A DNA stretch of 64,000 nucleotides from an uncultured Desulfarculus sp. (GTDB taxonomy: Bacteria; Desulfobacterota; Desulfarculia; Desulfarculales; Desulfarculaceae), in the NCBI GenBank assembly GCA_963665125.2, contig CAXXUK010000001.1, forward strand, positions 3,296,001 to 3,360,000. Reading direction: 5' to 3'. The position numbers were made by a program, and so were the translations under genes. Below are positions 31,538-41,050 of this stretch, piece after piece (position 1 is the stretch's first letter; every line of letters begins with the position of its first letter). The notes beneath the pieces are model-generated. The model had not been told where the DNA came from. It was given only the letters and a program-made list of their open reading frames with translations, and made no database searches.

Positions 31538-32836
31538 ATGAGCAATTCAAAAAATAATAAAAGCAGCAATTTGAACCATAATGAAATAATTACTTCGAAA
31601 GTGAATCCTGACGGATGTCTTTTTGAAATGCTTTATGATCACCTTAGTAAAAAAACAAGCTTATTGCGGTGGGAAGATGAAAAAATAGAAATCAGATCAA
31701 GTTTTATTAGTAAAGAAGGTAATAGGCTTCATCCCTATTCACCCTACAACCCGCTAATTCATAAAAAGTTGATTCTTTTTTCTCAAAACCCTAAAGAATA
31801 TGTATCAAAGTCTGATTTGCTAAACTGCATCCGAAGCTTTATTCATCGCTATGTTGATTTAACAGATACCTTCGAGTTAATAGCTTCTTACTATGTCCTA
31901 CTATCTTGGCTATTTGATAAATTCAACGAAATACCATATCTCAGGGTAAGAGGAGATTACGGTTCAGGTAAGACAAGGTTTCTACAAACTGTAGGCAGTC
32001 TGTGCTACAAACCGATCTTTGCTTCCGGCGCTTCTACAGTAGCCCCTATCTTCCATATATTGAATCAGATTGGTGGAACTCTGATCTTAGATGAAGGTGA
32101 CTTCCGTTTTAGTGATGAGAAAGCCGATATTGCAAAGATACTAAACAATGGCAATGCCAAAGGTTTCCCAGTACTTAGATGTGAAAAAATAAATCATCGA
32201 GAATTTTCACCCGTAGCCTATGAGGTGTTCGGTCCTAAGATTGTAAGTTCCAGAAACGATTATGCAGACAAGGCCTTGGAAAGTCGATTCATCTGTGAGG
32301 ACATGGGCCTAAGGCGAGTTAGGCGGAATATCCCTATTACTCTCCCTCAATCTTTTCACAAAGAAGCACTAGAACTGCGAAACCGACTTTTGCTTTGGAG
32401 GCTTAAAAATTATAGAAAAATCCAACATACTGAAGACTATATAAACAAAGCAATTAGTCTGCGTCTTAATCAAATATATGCCCCCTTGCTCTCTTTGGTG
32501 AGCAACGATGAAGATCAAAATATAATCATCACATTTGCTCAAGCACAACATAAGCAGAACAAAGTAGATGCCGGTCATGACATAGAGGTTCATATGCTCT
32601 TGGTAATAAAAGAAATCCAAGAAAAAATGAAAGAGCCAATTTCTATATCAGAAATTACTAAATTGTTTATTAAAAATTATGAAATGGAATATGACCGGAA
32701 AATATCTCATCGTTTCATTGGTGGCATTGTTAGAAAAAAGCTAAGGCTAAGAACTCGAAAATGCAATGGTAAATATATTATATCTGAAAATCAAAAAGAT
32801 AAGCTTAAACACCTATACGACAAGTACGACATCTGA
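31538..32836 (+). CDS. P-loop NTPase, putative replication protein
   Basis: PYLRVRGDYGSGKT, LILDEGD, ALESR; followed by origin-like repeats. Confidence 0.65.
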   Translation: MSNSKNNKSSNLNHNEIITSKVNPDGCLFEMLYDHLSKKTSLLRWEDEKIEIRSSFISKEGNRLHPYSPYNPLIHKKLILFSQNPKEYVSKSDLLNCIRSFIHRYVDLTDTFELIASYYVLLSWLFDKFNEIPYLRVRGDYGSGKTRFLQTVGSLCYKPIFASGASTVAPIFHILNQIGGTLILDEGDFRFSDEKADIAKILNNGNAKGFPVLRCEKINHREFSPVAYEVFGPKIVSSRNDYADKALESRFICEDMGLRRVRRNIPITLPQSFHKEALELRNRLLLWRLKNYRKIQHTEDYINKAISLRLNQIYAPLLSLVSNDEDQNIIITFAQAQHKQNKVDAGHDIEVHMLLVIKEIQEKMKEPISISEITKLFIKNYEMEYDRKISHRFIGGIVRKKLRLRTRKCNGKYIISENQKDKLKHLYDKYDI

Positions 32837-32840
32837 TCAC

Positions 32841-32962
32841 TGGACGTGGGGACATGGGGACTTTGGTACCGGTTTGAACAATCAGATAACTAAAATTACA
32901 TGTTTTGTTAAATTAAAATTAATTTATGTTCTGTATAATAGTCCCCGAAGTCCCCAAGTCCA
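32841..32962. repeat. Inverted GGGGAC repeat clusters around an AT-rich spacer (putative origin)
   Basis: TGGACGTGGGGACATGGGGACT ... AGTCCCCGAAGTCCCCAAGTCCA. Confidence 0.75.
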
Positions 32963-33047
32963 AAAATATTGCTGCCCACGCAAAATTCCCATCCTACGAA
33001 TAATAATCTTTTTAATTATTATTAATATGTAATTACTAAAAAATAAT

Positions 33048-33395
33048 ATGGAGGGAACTAAAATATTTTCATATTTTAAGACATATCGTCTTAAAGCAGG
33101 ACTAACTCAAAAAGATCTAACCTACTTATTAGATATAACTTCAGCGTCAACAATTTCCAAAACAGAAAAGAATATTCAAGAGCCAACATTGAAGATTGCT
33201 CTCGCATACTGTCTTATATTTGAAATTAAGATTGAAGACATTATGCCAACTCTGTCTCGTGATATTACTAAAATAATTTTTAAACGCGCTCCTCTTTTGG
33301 TTAAGGAGTTAAAAACGCAATCCCAATCACCATTGGTGAAACAAAGGATTGCTTTTTTAAATTCTTTGTATGTTAACCGAAAGAAGAAGCGCTAA
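33048..33395 (+). CDS. XRE-family HTH protein
   Basis: YRLKAGLTQKDLTYLL...TISKTEKN..EPTL. Confidence 0.8.
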   Translation: MEGTKIFSYFKTYRLKAGLTQKDLTYLLDITSASTISKTEKNIQEPTLKIALAYCLIFEIKIEDIMPTLSRDITKIIFKRAPLLVKELKTQSQSPLVKQRIAFLNSLYVNRKKKR

Positions 33396-33400
33396 AACCT

Positions 33401-33910
33401 ATGTATTATAAAAAACAAAAAATGTCGTATGAACTATTGCTAGCCATTGATTTTATGCCACGTGGTTTTGCATTCGCTTTGTTTGAAAAACCAGACTCAT
33501 TGATTGACTGGGGGTTGACGGACATACGAATTAATGTGTCGAAAAGAAGTTTTCAGCGCATAAGACAATTAATTGAATTCTACCGCCCTAGCAGAATCGT
33601 TCTGGAAGATGTCAAGAAAAGCTCTGCTCATCGAAGCAAGAATCTAAAACAGTTGTCTGAGGAAATCAAACTACTAGCTAGAAACAAGGAAATTCAGGTC
33701 ACCAGCTACTCAGCTAAAACAATTCAAGAAGTATTCAGCAAATTCAAATGTCAAAACAAACACGAGAGAGCCAAAGCTATTTGTGAATGGCTTCCTCAGT
33801 TATCCTCGCGCATACCTCCCAAAAGAGCCATATGGATGAGTGAAGACCCAAGGATAAATCTGTTTGATGCCGTCTCGTTGGCTCTTACTCATTATTACCT
33901 CGAAAACTAA
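33401..33910 (+). CDS. RuvC/RNase H-fold nuclease-like protein
   Basis: LAIDF..RGFAFALFE, IVLED, FDAVSLAL. Confidence 0.6.
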   Translation: MYYKKQKMSYELLLAIDFMPRGFAFALFEKPDSLIDWGLTDIRINVSKRSFQRIRQLIEFYRPSRIVLEDVKKSSAHRSKNLKQLSEEIKLLARNKEIQVTSYSAKTIQEVFSKFKCQNKHERAKAICEWLPQLSSRIPPKRAIWMSEDPRINLFDAVSLALTHYYLEN

Positions 33911-33954
33911 AAAAATCAGTTCTTTTATAAACTCAATAAACTAGGAGGAGGAAA

Positions 33955-34278
33955 ATGTGGAATTTTCCGCATAGCAGTGTCTTGTCTCAAATACCGAAGT
34001 TGTACAAGACAGAGAATGTTTCCCTACAAGACAAAATAATTCATCTTCACTTCTTCATAGGAAGTTGTGACTGGTATATTGCCGAATATGACGGCCAGGA
34101 CATCATGTGGGGATTTGCCATCTTAGGAGGAGATACTGTGAATGCCGAATGGGGATACATATCTTTCAATGAACTAAAAGAGATAAACATCAACGGCATA
34201 GAAGTAGATTATGAAATCTACTGGCAACCCAAAAAGGCCTGTGAGATCGACAAAATACAGCAATGTAGCGGATTCTAA
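33955..34278 (+). CDS. DUF2958 family protein
   Basis: HFF..SCDWYIAEYD..WGF..EWGYISFNEL. Confidence 0.75.
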   Translation: MWNFPHSSVLSQIPKLYKTENVSLQDKIIHLHFFIGSCDWYIAEYDGQDIMWGFAILGGDTVNAEWGYISFNELKEININGIEVDYEIYWQPKKACEIDKIQQCSGF

Positions 34279-34302
34279 AGCAATTTTGCTTAAGCCTCAA
34301 AC

Positions 34303-34330
34303 AAAACCAAGGTTAACGTACCTTGGTTTT
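34303..34330. terminator. Hairpin, possibly a bidirectional terminator
   Basis: AAAACCAAGGT-taacgt-ACCTTGGTTTT. Confidence 0.6.
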
Positions 34331-34393
34331 ACTATTAGATCTTCTATTTTTTCCCCTTCTACTAATGTCCCAGTAAGTAGGGATAATTGATTT

Positions 34394-35578
34394 ATGAGCT
34401 CAAACATATTAATCATAGGCAAAACAAATTTTAGACGAAGTAATCAAGTCTTCGGTATCAAAGAGGCTGATCGTCTTTTGCATATATACTTAATTGGAAA
34501 AACTGGCGTAGGGAAAACCACCCTCATTGAAAACTTCATTACTCAGGATATTGAGAATGATCGAGGATTGATATTCTTTGATCCTCACGGGGACTGTGTT
34601 GAACGACTCTATCAGAAATTTAAAAATAGAAAGAGTCACAACATAATATATTTTAATGTGCCTGACAATTTAGAAGGGATCGGATACAATCCAATTCGTA
34701 GAATTCCCAAAAAGAACCGTCCAATGGCAGCCTTGGGTATATTAGAGGTATTTAAGAAACAATGGGACGATTCTTGGGGAGTGCGAATGGAACATATATT
34801 CCGTAACGCTCTCATGACTCTCTTTGATCAGCCAAAAGCAAACTTAGCTGATATTCTAAGACTTCTCAATAATGAAAGTTATAGGAGAAGGGCTTTGCAA
34901 TATGTTGAGAGCCCTAGAATCAAGGATTTTTGGCTGAAAGAATATGCCAAATATTCTTATAGGTTTAGGGCAGATTCCATTGCTCCAATTCAAAATAAAG
35001 TGGGGGCCTTCATCGCTAATCCTATAATTTACCAAATACTAACTGAGGAGAGGGTAAATTTAAGCTTTCGGAAGGCTATGGATGAGGGTCAAGTGATTCT
35101 AGTTAATTTGTCTAAAGGGAAATTGGGTGAAGATGCATCTTCCCTCCTAGGTGCTCTCTTAATGACCTCAGTAGGCTTGGCCGCCTTTAGCAGAGCTAAT
35201 ACCATAGAAGAAAAGCGAAGAAGCTTTACGCTCTATGCTGATGAGTTTCAGAATTTCACCACGCTGTCTTTGGTCAATATGGCTTCTGAACTTAGGAAAT
35301 ATCATGTTGGTCTGGTACTAGCTAATCAATACCTTTATCAATTGGAAAGGGAAATTAAAGAATCAGTATTAGGAAATGTAGGAACAATGATTGCTTTTCG
35401 CATGGGAACACCTGATGCAGTATACCTTGAAAAAGAGTTTCAACCTGTCTTTGATAGATATGATCTCTTGAATTTACCTAACCATCATATTTTATTAAAA
35501 TTGATGATTGATGGGAGACCTACAAATGCTTTTAGCGCTTCAACGTTGCCGCCCGGTAACTTATTGTCTAATCATTAG
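34394..35578 (+). CDS. VirD4/TraD-like ATPase (short form)
   Basis: HIYLIGKTGVGKT, FDPHGD, YADEFQNF, LRKY, LANQ; homologous to the core of 21154-24249. Confidence 0.85.
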   Translation: MSSNILIIGKTNFRRSNQVFGIKEADRLLHIYLIGKTGVGKTTLIENFITQDIENDRGLIFFDPHGDCVERLYQKFKNRKSHNIIYFNVPDNLEGIGYNPIRRIPKKNRPMAALGILEVFKKQWDDSWGVRMEHIFRNALMTLFDQPKANLADILRLLNNESYRRRALQYVESPRIKDFWLKEYAKYSYRFRADSIAPIQNKVGAFIANPIIYQILTEERVNLSFRKAMDEGQVILVNLSKGKLGEDASSLLGALLMTSVGLAAFSRANTIEEKRRSFTLYADEFQNFTTLSLVNMASELRKYHVGLVLANQYLYQLEREIKESVLGNVGTMIAFRMGTPDAVYLEKEFQPVFDRYDLLNLPNHHILLKLMIDGRPTNAFSASTLPPGNLLSNH

Positions 35579-35759
35579 CTCCCACTTGTAACGCGGTATT
35601 ATTAAAATTAGATCAGTCGGAGTTGCCTCATTACGTATGGAGCAGATTATCGCCTGGATCGGGCGATAGCCGGAAGTAACATCACTTAAAATGACGAAGA
35701 TTGCGGGCATACATTAGCTGTCTGCTGGTCGGTTCCGTTTTTACCGCTTCTTTCTCATG

Positions 35760-36269
35760 TTATAACGGCCTTTTGTTATTAACATCATTCCAAAGCCTGT
35801 ACCCGGCTCTATCAACCCTCACCAAACCCTTACCATCAATTATACCTACCCACGAATTTGCAACATATTTAGCCCCGACTATCACCACCACCATGAAGTC
35901 AAGATGACATATATTTAATTTAAGGGCTTTCTTTGATTCACTTATATCAATCCAGGAAGGCTTGGGATTCTCCTCAAAGTGTGTGTGCCATTCTCCAACC
36001 AGAACAGTTTTACCATTACTTGCGCGCCATATCCGGTCAAGAAGTAACTGGCCCCTCTCCCTGGACCTCTTAAAAAAACGAGGTTTTTTTGTGTCATCGG
36101 GGCCTGGTGGTGTGGCCACGCAAATCACCAGTTGATCGCCAAATAACTGTCCAAACAAGTAACCACCCGATTCTGGCTGGTCTGATGTAATTTGCCTTGA
36201 ACGCTCAAACATCTTTACTGTGTTGGGCGTGAAAAGAATCGTACCCCGCTGTGGATTTTCATAAAGCAT
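35760..36269 (-). CDS. cap3: CBASS Cap3 JAB isopeptidase
   Basis: ESGGYLFG, GEWHTHFE..PSWID. Confidence 0.88.
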   Translation of the reverse strand: MLYENPQRGTILFTPNTVKMFERSRQITSDQPESGGYLFGQLFGDQLVICVATPPGPDDTKKPRFFKRSRERGQLLLDRIWRASNGKTVLVGEWHTHFEENPKPSWIDISESKKALKLNICHLDFMVVVIVGAKYVANSWVGIIDGKGLVRVDRAGYRLWNDVNNKRPL

Positions 36270-36275
36270 TGAGTA

Positions 36276-38072
36276 TTACCTTTTACAGGCAGGGCAGCTG
36301 GAGTGTCTCGGAAATCCGCTTTTTATAAGTTCATCTCCTACATTGTCATTGTATAGATCAGATATGTCCAGGCCATGATTCCTTGCCGTCTTCAGATCAC
36401 CTAACTGATGCCATCTAGAACTAACACCTATATCACCATGAAGGTAAGCTAGGGCTAACCGAGCGGCTACAATTGCTGCTTGATCCGCAACTAGGGCCGA
36501 GTACGGTTGGAAGGTGGCTTGGCATCCCTCTTCACGTGTTAAGACCTCGCTGGCGAGTCTGGTATCTACAGCATATCTGAAAAGGATGCCTTGCTTTTCT
36601 TCTAATTTAAAAGCGCAACGCAGGCAGCCTCCCTTGCCCGGAACAGTCAAAATCGCATGCGAAGCTATACCACGTGCTTCAGTCCAGGTGTAAATTGCCG
36701 ATCGTGGTTCTTGACCATTAGTGAGAAGATCATTCAGCCTTAACTCAAGATTTTTGTCTCCCGTTGCTGCTACCACCAAATCATTTTTTATGATTAAGTC
36801 GGGACGCGCTGCCATTACTTTATATAAATCATCATGATAAGACTCAACTACCAAATGCGGCGATTGGCATTTTAGTAAGGCAGCTAAATTAACTGCTTTG
36901 CTGCCTCCTAATATAGGTGCTGGCAAAATGTGCCTAGCCATATTTTCAATATGATATTCATCATTATCCACCAGAATAAGTTTTCCTACACCTCCGAGTG
37001 CCAACAAGTTTGCTATCCGACAACCAATTGATCCACAACCAACAACAAGCACCGATTTTTCGAACACCTCGGCACTTCTTTCCAAGCCAATTCTGGCATG
37101 TAATCTGATAGGGTCAGCTCGCGTTATCCCTGCTCTTATAACCGGTTCATTTGGAAAGCATTTGGTTAGTAGTATTTTCCCTGTCACTTTGTTATCCCTG
37201 AAGCCAGGGCAAATAGCTTTGTTCCCTCTTTTACCTTTAGGCCTTGAGTGTATCCATCCCCCAAAGGCGTAATGCGTACCAACGGGGATCGAAAACAAAA
37301 CGTAATTAAACAACCTATCTTTGTGCTCCGTCAAAAAGTCGCAAAGCGCTTTCAAGGCATCGGGGTCTACCTTACTCAATAGCGTATAAATCTCCTTGGA
37401 TTTGGTCGGGAAGGGTGGCCTGAATGCTGCTTTCAGTGGCAAGTAAATATTCTCATAATATTGTGCCTTATCATTGCCTAAGCTAGCGTTCGCTAGCCAC
37501 TGTCGGCATTGTTCTTTACTCTCACCAAATATGCTATTCGCTCCGTCACACTTCTTGTCTAATGCTAACCTTGATACAGACCGGGGTTTACCTCCTGGCG
37601 TAATTAAGCTGATCCACTTTTGGGTATCGTAATCTCCCCAATACGCTTCAAATTCTTGCTCAAAGTCACTTTTATTAGTGCCGATTAATCCGGCGACTAT
37701 GGTCTCTTCGACCAATCTCAGAGCATCCTTGATTATTTGAATCGGCCTGTCGGGGATGGGGAACACTTCTTGCGAATTGGCGTAACAAAGATGGTTCTCG
37801 CGTGTTGACGTCAAATGAGGAATCACCACTCTTGGATCGACCAAATAGAAATTGGGCAGTTTATCCGGAAAAGCTACCGGCAGGGCAACTACTATTTTCA
37901 CCCTTTCCCCGCCGCATACTATTTGCCCTTTCCAGGCAGCAGTATTGATAAATTGTTCTGGTATTTCTCCTTCTAACAAACGGGTAAATCCACCGTCAGG
38001 TAATGATTCGAGGTATAGCCCAGCTTGCTCTCGTGCGCTTTCCCTGAGGGTTTTCAGGGACCATTCAGGCAC
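36276..38072 (-). CDS. cap2: CBASS Cap2 (E2 + ThiF/E1)
   Basis: FPDKLP..IPH..LCY (E2); VVGCGSIG, VDND, NMARH, CLRC, CPAC (E1). Confidence 0.88.
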   Translation of the reverse strand: MPEWSLKTLRESAREQAGLYLESLPDGGFTRLLEGEIPEQFINTAAWKGQIVCGGERVKIVVALPVAFPDKLPNFYLVDPRVVIPHLTSTRENHLCYANSQEVFPIPDRPIQIIKDALRLVEETIVAGLIGTNKSDFEQEFEAYWGDYDTQKWISLITPGGKPRSVSRLALDKKCDGANSIFGESKEQCRQWLANASLGNDKAQYYENIYLPLKAAFRPPFPTKSKEIYTLLSKVDPDALKALCDFLTEHKDRLFNYVLFSIPVGTHYAFGGWIHSRPKGKRGNKAICPGFRDNKVTGKILLTKCFPNEPVIRAGITRADPIRLHARIGLERSAEVFEKSVLVVGCGSIGCRIANLLALGGVGKLILVDNDEYHIENMARHILPAPILGGSKAVNLAALLKCQSPHLVVESYHDDLYKVMAARPDLIIKNDLVVAATGDKNLELRLNDLLTNGQEPRSAIYTWTEARGIASHAILTVPGKGGCLRCAFKLEEKQGILFRYAVDTRLASEVLTREEGCQATFQPYSALVADQAAIVAARLALAYLHGDIGVSSRWHQLGDLKTARNHGLDISDLYNDNVGDELIKSGFPRHSSCPACKR

Positions 38073-39048
38073 TACCTGTGCTCACACCGACGATACCGGG
38101 AGCTTGGTGCGTCTTGGAGCTTTGGCCCTTACCGTCCTCGTCTTTAATCACCGGAAACCTTTCACCGAGTTGTTTTTGCCAATATTTTGCCGCCTCTTCT
38201 GCGCTTTCGTGTTCCAGGGCGGTTTCGGCATCCTGGACAAACTTTATCAACTTGGCCATGAAATTATCAAATTGTGGATCACTAATTCGTTTCCTCAAAT
38301 CTTCTGTATGATCCTTTGGGTTCCTAATGCTCTGATCGAATTTCAATCTTTCATAAATTGTCGATACGGTTTCGGCAAAAGCTTCATCATCCCTATCAGA
38401 GGGTTGAAACTCTTCAGTGGCTAATATTGTCAGGACAATGCCCGCTGGCATATTGTAAGAACTGCTTTGTCCTATGTAGTCCGACCAAGCCTTAAAATAC
38501 CGCACCACTCTACGTAAAAGGGCTCCTTTGCTGGCAACTTCACCTTCAAACCAGTCACTTAAGGCACGAGGGTCACTAAATTTCCAGCCATCGTTTTTTA
38601 TTGCCAACTCCGGCCGCCTGTTGGGGTCCTTCCCGGTGAGGTAATAGATAGGAAAGTCCACATGATATCCCGCCTTGAATGGCACCCGGACACAACGTTT
38701 TTTGTCTTTAGCAGGATCAACCTGCTTATAGCTATCCGCCGCCTCTTTCACCCACGCGTGGACGGTTTCTGGTGACTGCCGCGATTCCTCGTCAAGCGGT
38801 GGGTCGAAATAAATACCGTCATCAATGTCGTAGTCGCTGTTTAAGGGGTTTACGGTTGTGCCGTTATGGAATGAACCTTGAATTTTGAACTTTATTTTAG
38901 GGCGATTTTTCTCTTCGAACTTTGTTCTAATGTGGCTTCTAAGATTATCACGGCTTCTGATGAGATCATCACGTTTAGACTTTGCGAGCAAGATTTTACC
39001 ATGAAAAGCATTGCTGGCGGTAAAAAAGTTTTTCTGGCAGTTAGCCAT
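38065..39048 (-). CDS. CD-NTase (DncV-like motif)
   Basis: QGSF..GT..NP..DYDIDDGIY; YHVDFPIY; flexible tail ending GSA. Confidence 0.9.
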   Translation of the reverse strand: MANCQKNFFTASNAFHGKILLAKSKRDDLIRSRDNLRSHIRTKFEEKNRPKIKFKIQGSFHNGTTVNPLNSDYDIDDGIYFDPPLDEESRQSPETVHAWVKEAADSYKQVDPAKDKKRCVRVPFKAGYHVDFPIYYLTGKDPNRRPELAIKNDGWKFSDPRALSDWFEGEVASKGALLRRVVRYFKAWSDYIGQSSSYNMPAGIVLTILATEEFQPSDRDDEAFAETVSTIYERLKFDQSIRNPKDHTEDLRKRISDPQFDNFMAKLIKFVQDAETALEHESAEEAAKYWQKQLGERFPVIKDEDGKGQSSKTHQAPGIVGVSTGSA

Positions 39049-40063
39049 GCTTGTCCTCCATAAGACCTAAGAAGTGTTGCAAAAAAACTGCCCCATTTGA
39101 TCCAGGAGACATATGGGTTTCCGCATCCTTTACCGCTAGAGATTTGAGAAGCTTCAAGCTATCTGTGCCGGCTTTGTCCAAACCGATAAGCTTTTTTTGG
39201 CTAGCTGACAGGTTCTGATGCTCTATCCTTAAGTACATACCACCATTCAGCTCAAGCAGCAGTTTGGCTATGTTGTGAGCCCCTTCTGCTTGAAAGGTAA
39301 GGGGCAGAGTAACTAGCTTTAGATTCCAGTCAAGTAGGCCTCTTCTCTTACGCTTTACTCTGGCTTCGCCAACCGGCTCAGGTATGTTTCCCAACGAGAA
39401 AAGAGCGATGTTATCTAAGGAAATACCATCATGTTTAGCTTTCAGGTAGCTCAACGCTTCTGTTATGGCCACTAGAGAAGGGTTATTGCCCCATAATCCT
39501 CCATCAACATAATATTCGGCACCACTGGCTGTCTCCAACTCTGCTACTGGTAAAAAGTACGGTGCAGCTGAAGTTGCCAAAGCGACCTGCCATACAAAAT
39601 AATGTTGGTCTCTATAGAAGCTTTCATGGTGGGGAGTTTTAAAAACGCGGTTGGAACCGGTTATAAGATTGGAGGTCGGGATACAAATAGATAGGTTGGG
39701 ATAGCCTCCAGAGCTTAGGTCGCCCATTTTAATTTCACCGAAGAACTGCTTGCAGGCTGAGACCAGAGCTTTATTATCGTAGACAGAACTGACCAAACCT
39801 CGGCCAAAAATCCTAATGCTTTTTATCAATTTATTGTGCGGTTTGAATATGTTAGGCCCATGGATATCAAAAAATTCCATTATCTCCGCTGGTCTTTTCC
39901 CGCATGCCAGCCCTAAGGCAATTATGCCGCCTATTGAGGTGCCGGAGATGATATCAACCTTTTCGGAAATAGACGCACCGAATTTATTTTCGAGCTGATC
40001 CAGCACAGCAGCGGCGTAAAGCCCTTTTGCTCCTCCACCGTCAATACTGAGAATTTTTACCAT
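39041..40063 (-). CDS. capV: CBASS patatin-like phospholipase effector
   Basis: ILSIDGGGAKG, GTSIG, SAAP, DGGLWGNNP; upstream of the CD-NTase. Confidence 0.9.
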   Translation of the reverse strand: MVKILSIDGGGAKGLYAAAVLDQLENKFGASISEKVDIISGTSIGGIIALGLACGKRPAEIMEFFDIHGPNIFKPHNKLIKSIRIFGRGLVSSVYDNKALVSACKQFFGEIKMGDLSSGGYPNLSICIPTSNLITGSNRVFKTPHHESFYRDQHYFVWQVALATSAAPYFLPVAELETASGAEYYVDGGLWGNNPSLVAITEALSYLKAKHDGISLDNIALFSLGNIPEPVGEARVKRKRRGLLDWNLKLVTLPLTFQAEGAHNIAKLLLELNGGMYLRIEHQNLSASQKKLIGLDKAGTDSLKLLKSLAVKDAETHMSPGSNGAVFLQHFLGLMEDKHG

Positions 40064-40438
40064 GCTACTCCTATGGCTGGTTCATTCCCTTTTTGAAAAA
40101 CCCTCTAATCGCTAATCCATAAGCATCAACACTAGTTTTGTCAAGCACAAGGAGCATAATTTATAGTATATTTGATAGTGGTTACTTATTATATATTGTG
40201 AGCACCCTAACAACCATTGGTATTTTTATGTTTTATTTACATCCTTGACTTCCGTTGGCGTGAATGGGTTACGGGCCTGAGTGCTCGATGCACATGCTCT
40301 AGATTGCGTGGGGCGGAACGGGGTTCCCTGTTTGTTACAGCAATACTCCCCGGCCGAAGCAACTAGGTAGGAGTCGGTACGGACGTTTACACATTTAAGA
40401 GGGAAAACAAGCCTCGATTTGGGCCGCAACGCGAAACC

Positions 40439-40858
40439 TCAACTTTTCATCAATGCTGCAACCTTCTTTTTGAAATACGCCGTTGGCCCGTTTTTCAATT
40501 GCCGGGCCAAGGTCCCCGGATCAACGCCCAGCTCCTGGGCAAACTGCTCCTGTGTAAGACCTTGATATATTCGGTGGCATTCGAGTATTTGCTCCCAAGA
40601 CTTGTTAGGCTTCCAAGGACAATAGTCCAAGAATTTCATGATGCCCGGATAATACCTGACTGTCGGTTCCATTCGGTTTGCTTCCCAATTCCAGACGGTA
40701 TTCTCCGATACCTGGATAAGGCGGGCCACATCCTTCTGCTCAAGTCGTGAGTCTAACCGCTTTTGCCTGATATGATCGCCTATGGTGATTATCTCTTTGG
40801 GATAACAAGATAATTTAGGACGCTGAGCTAATTTGATGATGGGATGACAACATGGCAA
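40439..40858 (-). CDS. Tandem XRE-HTH ORF with a poor start; probable C-terminal extension of recombinase 1 after excision
   Basis: IGDHIRQKRLD..QKDVARLI..TVWNWE and GLTQEQFAQELGVDPGTL; TTG start without SD, lying inside the att arm. Confidence 0.75.
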   Translation of the reverse strand: MPCCHPIIKLAQRPKLSCYPKEIITIGDHIRQKRLDSRLEQKDVARLIQVSENTVWNWEANRMEPTVRYYPGIMKFLDYCPWKPNKSWEQILECHRIYQGLTQEQFAQELGVDPGTLARQLKNGPTAYFKKKVAALMKS

Positions 40859-41050
40859 CGCAACGGTGGATGCGCAGCTATACTATTATCCCAAAAACGC
40901 AGGCATCACAGGTGGCTCACGAAGGGCCACCCTCTAACCGCTAGGACCTTTGATATAAGCTGGCTGAGTTGCCCGGCCTGAAGCTGCTGGCGGGATATAA
41001 CGTACACCGCTGGTTTCCAGGCTGATTATCCGGATCGTTCGATATGGTCG

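Larger units (their letters stand above)
19501..40868. mobile_element. Serine-recombinase integrative element (~21.4 kb) inserted in comM
   Basis: Left junction TG-ac-GTTGTGTTGCtgtgttgac; right junction gacaacatgGCAACGCAAC-gg-TG. Arms are inverted (15/19 match) and symmetric about a shared TG. GC content is lower inside. Confidence 0.85.

Noticed and set aside
40226..40430. Possible structured RNA or small ORF upstream of the second CBASS
   Set aside because: Only short stems; no family recognised.
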